DNA from: Candidatus Woesearchaeota archaeon
GTDB taxonomy: Archaea > Nanobdellota > Nanobdellia > Pacearchaeales > GW2011-AR1
Assembly: GCA_964472575.1 (NCBI GenBank)
Contig: CAYYLH010000001.1
Span: 1 to 42,638 of the forward strand
Direction: 5' to 3'
DNA length: 42,638 nucleotides
Under the pieces are notes generated by a model. The model did no database searches. It was not told where the DNA came from and saw only the letters and a list, made by a program, of their open reading frames with translations. The position numbers and the translations under genes are program-made. The stretch's first letter is position 1. Every line of letters starts with the position of its first letter. Below, one piece after another: positions 25,798 to 33,707 of this stretch.

Positions 25798-26676
25798 TCA
25801 CATCCTTTCTAATCTTGCAATCCTCTTATCAATATCAGGATGTGTTTGAAATATCTCTTTAGAATTAAATGGTTTAGATAAAAACAAAGGAGACACAGCA
25901 CCAGATACTTTTAATTCATAATTCTTATTCTCCTGTTTTATCTTTTTCAATGCTCCAACCAAACCAGTAGGAGAACGAATAAACCTAACAGCAGAAGCAT
26001 CAGCACCATACTCTCTCTTTCTAGATATAGCTAACTGAACCAAGGCAACTAAAATCGGAGCAAGAATAGCTAATGCAATTCCAATAATTAAAAATATAGC
26101 ATTATTCTCATCATTCCTTCCTCCTCTAAAAAATAAACTCCTTAAAAAAATCTGAGAGATAATTGCAATCATTCCAACCAACACAGCAGTAAGAGTCATA
26201 AATCTAATATCATAACTAGCAATATGACTTAACTCATGAGACAACACTCCTTCTAATTCTTGTTTATTTAATTTTTTTAAAGCACCTGTAGTAATACAAA
26301 TTACAGAATTCTCAGGATTCCTTCCAGAAGCAAAAGCATTAATCTGTTCTGATTCAATCACATATAATTTTGGTTTAGGCATTCCAGAAGCTAAACACAA
26401 ACCCTCAACTAAATGATGATACTGCCTATAATCATCTTGTCTAGCCTTCTTAGCATTCACACTAGAAAGAGCAATCTTATCAGCATTATAATAACTAACT
26501 AAAACATAAATCAAAGTAATCATAACAGCAAGAATAGAAATAACAATTACATCAGCACCAATAGCTAATCCAATAGCATAAATCAATGCAACTAGAATCA
26601 CAACAACTAATAAAATTAAAAATACAGAATTCCTTTTATTATTAGATATCTCTGTATAAAATGATAATCTCTCCAT
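25798..26676 (-). CDS. htpX: HtpX-like M48 zinc metalloprotease
   Basis: HELSHI zinc motif, four TM segments, and a downstream E (REYGADA). The track start at 26691 is TTG; the ATG is at 26676. Confidence 0.9.
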   Translation of the reverse strand: MERLSFYTEISNNKRNSVFLILLVVVILVALIYAIGLAIGADVIVISILAVMITLIYVLVSYYNADKIALSSVNAKKARQDDYRQYHHLVEGLCLASGMPKPKLYVIESEQINAFASGRNPENSVICITTGALKKLNKQELEGVLSHELSHIASYDIRFMTLTAVLVGMIAIISQIFLRSLFFRGGRNDENNAIFLIIGIALAILAPILVALVQLAISRKREYGADASAVRFIRSPTGLVGALKKIKQENKNYELKVSGAVSPLFLSKPFNSKEIFQTHPDIDKRIARLERM

Positions 26677-26790
26677 AGAATATAAAATCAATTAAGAGTT
26701 TTAAATCTAACTCTCATATATATTAGCATCATCTTTAAATTTTAAATTATAATTTAAATGATATTATACTCAAATCAAACCTACAATTTA

Positions 26791-26878
26791 CTTAATTAAT
26801 ACCAATGCAAATCATTAAATTTATTTTATATATTCCAGATCTTAGCAACCTAAATAATCTTCGCACACATTAATTAAC
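26791..26878 (+). repeat. Dispersed intergenic repeat, short-spacer A+B variant
   Basis: cttaattaat...ccagatcttagcaacctaaataatcttcgcacacattaattaac. Confidence 0.55.
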
Positions 26879-26897
26879 TGCCTTCTTTCTAAAGAAA

Positions 26898-27449
26898 CTA
26901 AAATTCAACCTTAGGAACAGCTCTCTTCTCAACAGGAATCTTCAAATAATCTTCCTTACCAAAGCCATACATAGAAGCAAACCACTTTCCAGGTATAGTA
27001 GTCAAAGATAAATTATACTGCATAATTCCATCATTATAATACTGTCTTGCATAAGCAATCTTATCTTCAATAGCACTCAACTCTTGTTGTAAGTGTAAAA
27101 AGTTTTCATTAGCTTTTAGATTAGGATAATTCTCAGCAATAGCAAATAAACTACCTAAAGCAGACTGCAACTTATTTCCAGCTTGTGCTCTTTTTTGTAA
27201 ATCCTTAGCACCTACTAATGCCTTTCTAGCATTAGTTACCTCTGAAATAATCTTTTTCTCATGCTTCATATAACCCTTAACAGAATTCAATAAATTAGGA
27301 ACAAGCTCTGCTCTTTTTCTTAACTGAACATCAATCTGTGCAAGAGAATTCTCTATTTGATTTTTCAATCTTACAAACCTATTATAATACACAAAGAAAA
27401 CTATAGCAATGAATGCTACTACTGCAATTAATATCCATAACCATAACAT
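26898..27449 (-). CDS. lemA: LemA-family membrane protein
   Basis: N-terminal TM helix, then YNRFVRLKNQIENSLAQIDVQLRKRAELVPNL...ENYPNLKANENF...YARQYYND, the LemA signature. Confidence 0.9.
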   Translation of the reverse strand: MLWLWILIAVVAFIAIVFFVYYNRFVRLKNQIENSLAQIDVQLRKRAELVPNLLNSVKGYMKHEKKIISEVTNARKALVGAKDLQKRAQAGNKLQSALGSLFAIAENYPNLKANENFLHLQQELSAIEDKIAYARQYYNDGIMQYNLSLTTIPGKWFASMYGFGKEDYLKIPVEKRAVPKVEF

Positions 27450-27560
27450 ATTTTATTAAGTTGAATCTGATTTATAAATCTTGTTAAAGATTTATTATGG
27501 AAGAATTTCCTGTTCTATCTTAAATCTTATTAATATCCTTTCAATATAATAATCAAAAAT

Positions 27561-27659
27561 TTAATTAATCCAAAATCAAATCTTCGCTAAGTGATTAAAA
27601 TATTTCAATCATTCAAAAATAAATAATCCCAGCATACACACATTACCTAACTACAATCT
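27561..27659 (+). repeat. Dispersed intergenic repeat, A module (27561-27610) plus B module (27617-27659)
   Basis: ttaattaatccaaaatcaaatcttcgctaagtgattaaaatatttcaatc ... aaataatcccagcatacacacattacctaac. The B module reaches the stop codon of the DHH gene. Confidence 0.8.
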
Positions 27660-28673
27660 CTCTCCAATAACTTTCAAATTATCTTTAAACTTTTCTAGGT
27701 CTTTCTTTTGAATATAACCTCCACACGCCCTTTTATGCCCTCCAGCACTTGCATTTTCTAATCCTTGTATTGCTTGTTTTAAAATCTCAGGAACATCATA
27801 CTCTCCTGACTGACACCTTCCACTAATCCTTACTCCCTCCTCATCATCAAAAACTCCAAAAATAAAAATCTCTTTAGGATTTTTAAAAGAAATAATTGTA
27901 GTAACACTAGACTTAATCATAAACTTAGGCTTAAAACAATAAAAATTAATCTTTCCAAAACTCTCATGATTTTTTTCATAATTATTAACCCAAAACTCTA
28001 CCTCTTTTCTAACAACCTCAGAATATTCTTTAATCTTATAAAAATCATCAAAACTATTAATCCCCTTCATAATCCCAAATGCTTTTTTTAAATCATTTGA
28101 AAAATAAATTAAAAAATCTCCAATCTCATAAGCTCTCTCTCTAAATTCTTCTAAATTTAGATTATTTTTTTTAAGATAATTATTAATTAAATTAAGATTA
28201 TCACTAAACTTCCAACCAATATCAGCCATTAAACCTAAATTAACTAACCATTCTTTTTCATTACTAACATCCTTTCCAACTAAATCATAAACACTTCTAG
28301 CTACATGAACCTCTGACTCTGTTCTATACTCTAAAATAAAATCAGGTAAATTACTACTTGGCTGATGATGGTCAATATAAAGAATATCTTTATCTTTTAA
28401 ATCATTAACATCCTCATTAAAAGTATCTGGTCCTAAATCAAAAATTAAAATCTTATCTTTCTGTTTTAATTTATCTAATAACTTCTTCATCCAATTCTTT
28501 TCAATAGATTGTGGAAAAACCTCTAAATCCTTAACACCTTTCTGTCTTAAAAAATCATAAATCAACATTCCAGAAGCAAAACCATCTAAATCATCATGGA
28601 AAATAATTCCTACTTTATCACTCTCAGAAATTCCATCCAAAAACCCCCTCGCCTTAGACTTATCAATCTCCAT
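27651..28673 (-). CDS. DHH/DHHA1 phosphoesterase (NrnA-like nanoRNase/pAp phosphatase or RecJ-like)
   Basis: IFHDDLDGFASG, IDHHQP and DHHA1 motif GGHKRACGG. The ATG at 28673 avoids the 71-nt overlap with gatA implied by the track start. Confidence 0.8.
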   Translation of the reverse strand: MEIDKSKARGFLDGISESDKVGIIFHDDLDGFASGMLIYDFLRQKGVKDLEVFPQSIEKNWMKKLLDKLKQKDKILIFDLGPDTFNEDVNDLKDKDILYIDHHQPSSNLPDFILEYRTESEVHVARSVYDLVGKDVSNEKEWLVNLGLMADIGWKFSDNLNLINNYLKKNNLNLEEFRERAYEIGDFLIYFSNDLKKAFGIMKGINSFDDFYKIKEYSEVVRKEVEFWVNNYEKNHESFGKINFYCFKPKFMIKSSVTTIISFKNPKEIFIFGVFDDEEGVRISGRCQSGEYDVPEILKQAIQGLENASAGGHKRACGGYIQKKDLEKFKDNLKVIGERL

Positions 28674-30057
28674 CCCCAACCCCTTCATCACCCTCAAAAC
28701 CCCCAACCTCATCTTCAAACTCCTTAGCAACATCTAAAACAGAAAAATCATCAAACTTCTTTCCAAAAACCTGCAAACCAACCTTCTTACTAATTCCATC
28801 TTCTTCTAACTCACCAATAGGAATAGAAATCCCAGGAATACCAGCAAGATTAGCAGGAATAGTTGTAATATCATAAGCATACATATCTTTAATAGAAATA
28901 TCCTCTCCAATTTTATGAGCTAACTTAGGAACAGTAGGCAATACAATAAAATCAACTCCTTGGAAAACCTTATCAAACTGCTCTTTAACATAATTCCTAG
29001 CCCTTAGTGCATTTCTATAATACCTTCCTTTATACTCTGCCTTACTAGTCTCTTGTCCACCTAAAATTCTTCTTAATACTTCTGGTCCTGCTTTATCTTC
29101 AATTTTAAAACCAAATCTTCTTCCATCAAACTTTCTAGTTCCTGAAAAAAACTCAGTATAAACTAAAACATAATAAGTCTGAATAGCAACATCTAAAGGC
29201 AATTCAATACTCTTTACCTTCCATCCCTTCTTTTTAGCTAACTCTTTAGTCTTACTATTAATCATATCAACTATTCTATCATCACAATACTCACCAGAAT
29301 TAACCAATCCAATTACTATTTCTTTTTTATTTTGTTTCTTACTAATATTATTAGAAGTAGTACAATCTAAACTATCTTCTCCATAGATAATATCAAATAC
29401 TAATTCAGCATCTTCAACACTTTTGGTTAAAGGTCCAATCTGGTCTAAAGACATAGACAAATCAATTAAACCATATCTAGAAACAGCACCATAACTCGGT
29501 TTAAATCCAACAACACCACAATGAGCAGCAGGATTTCTAATACTCCCACCAGTATCACTACCAATCGAAAAATCACACATCTCAGCAGCAACACTAGCAG
29601 CACTACCAGAAGAAGAACCTCCTGGGATTAATTTATTATTAACAGGATTTTTACAAACACCATAAGCAGAAGTCTCACCACTAGCACCTGAAGCAAATTC
29701 ATCCATATTAACCATACCTAAAACAATAGCATCTTCTGCTTTTAATCTTTCAATAACACTAGCATCATATGGAGAAATAAAATTCTCTAAAACCCTAGAA
29801 GCACAATTAGCAACCATATGCCTTACTAAAATATTAGACTTAACAGCAAAACAAATTCCAGCTAATTTTCCAACTCTTTTTCCAGACTTAATCTTTTTAT
29901 CAATCTCCTTAGCTTCATCAATTGCATTCTCATTTAAATGAAAAAAAACATTCAACTTTTTATTCAACTTTTTAATCCTCTCTCCAAAATTCATAACATT
30001 CTCAACAGCACTCATTCTCTGTTTTTTAATTGCTTTTACTTTTTCTTTTATCTTCAT
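28663..30057 (-). CDS. gatA: Asp/Glu-tRNA amidotransferase subunit A (amidase signature family)
   Basis: Amidase signature GGSSSGSAASVAAEMCDFSIGSDTGGSIRNPAAHCGVVGFKPSYG. Confidence 0.9.
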   Translation of the reverse strand: MKIKEKVKAIKKQRMSAVENVMNFGERIKKLNKKLNVFFHLNENAIDEAKEIDKKIKSGKRVGKLAGICFAVKSNILVRHMVANCASRVLENFISPYDASVIERLKAEDAIVLGMVNMDEFASGASGETSAYGVCKNPVNNKLIPGGSSSGSAASVAAEMCDFSIGSDTGGSIRNPAAHCGVVGFKPSYGAVSRYGLIDLSMSLDQIGPLTKSVEDAELVFDIIYGEDSLDCTTSNNISKKQNKKEIVIGLVNSGEYCDDRIVDMINSKTKELAKKKGWKVKSIELPLDVAIQTYYVLVYTEFFSGTRKFDGRRFGFKIEDKAGPEVLRRILGGQETSKAEYKGRYYRNALRARNYVKEQFDKVFQGVDFIVLPTVPKLAHKIGEDISIKDMYAYDITTIPANLAGIPGISIPIGELEEDGISKKVGLQVFGKKFDDFSVLDVAKEFEDEVGGFEGDEGVGDGD

Positions 30058-30899
30058 TTTATATCCTCCATAAATCTATTCACACTTTCAAAACTTCCAT
30101 CATCTAAAATAACAATATCAAATTTATCTTCATAATCATCTATAGTTGCTTTTTCTCCAGGATTATAAAATCCAAAACTAACCAAATTATCATAATCAAA
30201 ACCACTAACCATTGCTAAATCATCTAATGAATCTCCAAGCAAAATAACATTCTTTCTATTTTTAACAACATTATAAACAGGGTGATTATTAATACTTGTT
30301 TCATCTTTATTTAAAGAATGAATAACTGGTTCTTTCATCTCAATGACCTTTCCTTCAGAATCAAATTCAAAACAATTAGTTAAATAATAAACATTATCAT
30401 AATCTATTCTTTCTTTTTTCATTATCATTTGAATACTATCCCCAATACCAGAAGCTGAAAAAATAATTAAGGGGATATTATTTTCTTTTAAAAATTCTAC
30501 AAACTCTTTTACTCCCTTTCTTAATTCAATTCCAGAACTAGAAACTAATCTTTCTAAGTCACCCTTATTCAAACCACACCTAATCAATAAATCAAAATGT
30601 TCTCTCCACCACTTCTCCATTGCCTTTTTTCTTTCTTCTAAAGATAAATCATGATTTTCCTCAATAGGATGATATTTATTAAATAAGGCCTGTGCTTTTT
30701 CAGCATAATCACTTGTTAAATATTCTCCAGCTTGCTTTCTTAATAATGAAATTACACTTGCAACCTTTTCTCCATTTACAAATGCTTTTGTTAGGGTTTT
30801 ATCAAAATCAGCAACAACATGCACTTTATACAATCCTTGTTGTTTAAAAGTTTCTTTCTTTTTTTCAAATCCATCTATACTCCTAACAACAATGTTCAT
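30054..30899 (-). CDS. HAD-superfamily pyrimidine 5'-nucleotidase, UMPH-1/NT5C3-like
   Basis: HAD motif I VVADFDKTLT, IIFSASGIGDSI and ILLGDSLDDLAM parallel the DFDxT, SAGIGD and LGDSxGDLxM blocks of cytosolic 5'-nucleotidase III. ATGA overlaps with gatC (ATG at 30899) and gatA. Confidence 0.7.
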   Translation of the reverse strand: MNIVVRSIDGFEKKKETFKQQGLYKVHVVADFDKTLTKAFVNGEKVASVISLLRKQAGEYLTSDYAEKAQALFNKYHPIEENHDLSLEERKKAMEKWWREHFDLLIRCGLNKGDLERLVSSSGIELRKGVKEFVEFLKENNIPLIIFSASGIGDSIQMIMKKERIDYDNVYYLTNCFEFDSEGKVIEMKEPVIHSLNKDETSINNHPVYNVVKNRKNVILLGDSLDDLAMVSGFDYDNLVSFGFYNPGEKATIDDYEDKFDIVILDDGSFESVNRFMEDIK

Positions 30900-31153
30900 T
30901 TCCACCCTCCTTTCTCAGCTACAAAAAACTCATCATCAACTAAAGGTGCATTAGCAAAAGCAGTATCTCTAAACTCTTCATCTAAATTCCAACCATCACC
31001 CTCTTGTCTAGTCCCATCTTTATTTTCAAAATGAGCTTCACTAGTCTTAATCTTATCTAAAGCAGAAGAAAACTCATCTAAAATCTTTTTAGCTTGCTTT
31101 TTAATATCTTCTCTTTCTTTCTCTGTAACTTCATGATACTGGAAATTCTTCAT
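30896..31153 (-). CDS. gatC: Asp/Glu-tRNA amidotransferase subunit C-like
   Basis: 85 aa. The C-terminal FRDTAFANAPLVDDEFFVAEK resembles the GatC ending (R.D..l.NAP....g.F.VP). Same operon as gatA. Confidence 0.65.
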   Translation of the reverse strand: MKNFQYHEVTEKEREDIKKQAKKILDEFSSALDKIKTSEAHFENKDGTRQEGDGWNLDEEFRDTAFANAPLVDDEFFVAEKGGWK

Positions 31154-31246
31154 AAGATACTAACAAATTCTAATTTTATAAAACTTCACATTAACAGATA
31201 TATTTATAAACAACATCATCCTCGATTAACTAATACTAAAATTAAA

Positions 31247-31252
31247 AGGAGG
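31247..31252 (+). promoter_or_regulatory. Shine-Dalgarno motif AGGAGG, 6 nt before the pilin ATG
   Basis: Read directly from the sequence. Confidence 0.65.
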
Positions 31253-31258
31253 TTAATA

Positions 31259-31693
31259 ATGTCAAACAAAAAAGGACAAGCAGCTATGGAATTCCTAATG
31301 ACTTATGGTTGGGCCATTCTTGCTGCTGTTATTGCTGTTGGTGCACTTTGGTGGTTAATGTCTAGCTCAGGTGGAACAGTAAGCTTTTGTAGTTTAAGTG
31401 CTCCACTATCTTGTGAAGAACAAACAGCTAATACTACATCAGTTATTGTAGTATTTAGAAATGGAGTTGGAGATTCAATTAATGTTACAAGTGTTAATAT
31501 GACTGGAGGATGTACTGCTATAACACCTAATGAAAATGTAGCAAATGGTGAAACATACACTGCTGTAGTAAGTTGTAGTGGATTAACTGTTGGAGATTCT
31601 GTACAAGAAGATCTAAGTGTTAAGTACATCAAATCAGGTGGAAGTTTACCACAAACATCAACAGGTACTGTATCTACAGAAGTAGTTGCTTAA
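31259..31693 (+). CDS. Archaeal type IV pilin (class III signal peptide, Q at +1; DUF361/Epd-like), likely major pilin
   Basis: MSNKKG|QAAMEFLMTYGWAILAAVIAVGALWW. The track start at 31094 is TTG in the promoter region; the ATG at 31259 has an SD. 4 Cys and 3 N-x-T sequons. Confidence 0.8.
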   Translation: MSNKKGQAAMEFLMTYGWAILAAVIAVGALWWLMSSSGGTVSFCSLSAPLSCEEQTANTTSVIVVFRNGVGDSINVTSVNMTGGCTAITPNENVANGETYTAVVSCSGLTVGDSVQEDLSVKYIKSGGSLPQTSTGTVSTEVVA

Positions 31694-31712
31694 TTTTTTA
31701 TTTTTGTCAAAT

Positions 31713-31752
31713 GCAGAACTCTTGTTCTGCTGGCATTTTCCTTTTATTTTTA
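31713..31752 (+). terminator. Hairpin GCAGAAC-tctt-GTTCTGC followed by a T-rich tract; pilin terminator
   Basis: 7-bp stem at 31713-31730, then ttttccttttattttt. Begins 20 nt after the pilin stop. Confidence 0.65.
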
Positions 31753-31818
31753 ATTAATTTTTTATTAATTAGTGTTAACTCTATATTTAAATAAAAATAA
31801 AACAGCTTTCTCCACAAA

Positions 31819-31860
31819 CTTAATTAATTAATCGCAATTCAAATCTTGGCTAAGTATATC
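31819..31860 (+). repeat. Dispersed intergenic repeat, A module
   Basis: cttaattaattaatcgcaattcaaatcttggctaagtatatc. Includes TTAATTAATTAA, which places stop codons in all six frames. Confidence 0.75.
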
Positions 31861-31929
31861 AAGGTTATAATGTTAAACTTATACTATTTAAGTTTTCTTT
31901 TGAAACACCAATTTTCTTTTTCTAAAAAT

Positions 31930-32754
31930 CTAAATATCCAACTCACCAGAATAAGCCTTAGTAGAAATCTCAACACCAGACTTACCAATCTTAAAAGGAA
32001 ATATCTCTCTTGAATGCTCTGTTCCCCTCATCTTAATAATCTCTAAAAATCTCTCTCTTTCCTTTCCAGTTCTAACAAAATATAACACAATAATACTATC
32101 AGATTCAAACTCTAATGCCTTAGAACTAGCCTTACCATCCTTAGTAGGGTCTTCTTCATAAGTTAGTAAAGAAGTAGTATTCCACTTTCTCAACATTCCA
32201 AATAACTCTAAACCAGCCTCTCTCTTCTTCAAATCATCATCAAATAACAATTCAAAAGAAGTAATAGAATCAATAACAATTCTAGAAATCTTTTCTTTTA
32301 ATACAATACTCTCAATAATACCCCCACCCTCTTCAAGCATAGTCTTAACCTTCTCAGGTGTATACTCTAAAAACACAAAATTACCTTTTTTCTCTTCTTT
32401 TTCCAAATCAAAACCAAACTGCTTCATATTAGTATAAAAAACCTCTTTCTTTTCTTCAAAAGTAATATACAAACACTTTTCATTTTTCTTTAATCCATCA
32501 ACTAAAAACTCAATAGCAAAAATACTCTTACCACTTCCAGAACTACCTACAATCAAATTAATAGAATCCTTTTCAAATCCTCCTTGAATCAACTTATCAA
32601 AATTCTTAACACCAGTAGCAACCCTTTCAACCTTTCCAATCTTAGTCTTCTTCTTAGTTAAAATTTCTTCTAACTTATCTTCTTTCTTTCCAATCTTCTT
32701 AATAGCTTTTTTAGAATTCTTTTTAACACTCTTTTTAACCTTCTTTTTTACCAT
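31930..32754 (-). CDS. KaiC/RecA-superfamily ATPase (FlaH/ArlH-like) with K-rich N-terminus
   Basis: GVKNFDKLIQGGFEKDSINLIVGSSGSGKSIFAIEFL (Walker A), Walker B-like RIVIDSI, and KMRGTEHS. Confidence 0.8.
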   Translation of the reverse strand: MVKKKVKKSVKKNSKKAIKKIGKKEDKLEEILTKKKTKIGKVERVATGVKNFDKLIQGGFEKDSINLIVGSSGSGKSIFAIEFLVDGLKKNEKCLYITFEEKKEVFYTNMKQFGFDLEKEEKKGNFVFLEYTPEKVKTMLEEGGGIIESIVLKEKISRIVIDSITSFELLFDDDLKKREAGLELFGMLRKWNTTSLLTYEEDPTKDGKASSKALEFESDSIIVLYFVRTGKERERFLEIIKMRGTEHSREIFPFKIGKSGVEISTKAYSGELDI

Positions 32755-32792
32755 TACTAAATATAAAATAAAGAGCTATAAAAACCTTGCTA

Positions 32793-33707
32793 CTAAAAAA
32801 ATCCAGACATAAAATTCTGCAACACAACCCTGGTTAAAAAATAAACAATCATACTAATCACAACTAAGAAAGGCAAATACTTCAACCCTTGCTTCTCCTC
32901 ACCCTTAGCAACAAGACCTAAAACCAAAGAAGCAAGAACATCAATAGCCAAGATAAATACAACACTAAACCAAACTACAAAACTAACACTAATTCCAACA
33001 CCAGTCATAGAAAAAGGTAAATTAATAGCAGCATTAGACATATCAGGAACACCAACTAACAAGTCAGTCATAACACCAACTAAAACACCTGATAAAGAAA
33101 ATAACAAAGGAGCACCAGCAGCAACAGCTACAAAAATAAATATAACATACATTAAAACACTAGAAGCAGCCTTCTTCTCAACAAATCCTCTCTCCCTCAT
33201 ACCAGAAGCAGTCTGTTCAATTAAAACAGCAAGATTACCTCCAGCCTCAATACCAGAAATAATTAATAAAATAGTCTTTTCAATCTTATTACTTCCAATT
33301 CTATCAGCCATATCTAATAATGCCTCTTTAATCTTTCTACCAGTAGCAATATCCTTTCCAGTCTCTGTAATCTCTTTATCTAATGGGTCAAACTCCTTTC
33401 TAGCACTCAACAACATAGCTCTATCAATAGTCATACCAGCTCTAAGATTACTAGCCATTAATTGTAAAAAATCAGGAAAAACCTCTTCCATCTTACTAAT
33501 CCTAGCACTCTCTTTCAAAGCAGCACTAAAATACAAATACAACCAAGTCAAAACTATCAAACCTATAAAAATAACTAAACCTAAAATCCAATTACCACTA
33601 AAAAATATCAAAACACTACTAATCACAATACCAATTAAACCTGCAAGAATCAACCACTTCTTATACTTACCTTTCTCTTCTCTCTTTCTTCTTGATTTCA
33701 ACTTCAT
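32793..33707 (-). CDS. Type IV filament platform protein, single T2SSF domain (TadC/FlaJ C-half-like)
   Basis: FPDFLQLMASNLRAGMTIDRAMLLSA...ALLDMADRIGSNKIEKTILLIISGIEAGGNLAVLIEQTA flanked by TM helices. ATGA overlap with the upstream gene. Confidence 0.75.
   Translation of the reverse strand: MKLKSRRKREEKGKYKKWLILAGLIGIVISSVLIFFSGNWILGLVIFIGLIVLTWLYLYFSAALKESARISKMEEVFPDFLQLMASNLRAGMTIDRAMLLSARKEFDPLDKEITETGKDIATGRKIKEALLDMADRIGSNKIEKTILLIISGIEAGGNLAVLIEQTASGMRERGFVEKKAASSVLMYVIFIFVAVAAGAPLLFSLSGVLVGVMTDLLVGVPDMSNAAINLPFSMTGVGISVSFVVWFSVVFILAIDVLASLVLGLVAKGEEKQGLKYLPFLVVISMIVYFLTRVVLQNFMSGFF

Noticed and set aside
31094-31258. N-terminal 55-aa extension of the pilin ORF given in the track
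   Set aside because: The track start is a TTG inside the gatC promoter and divergent region. The ATG at 31259 has a perfect SD and yields a textbook class III signal peptide.
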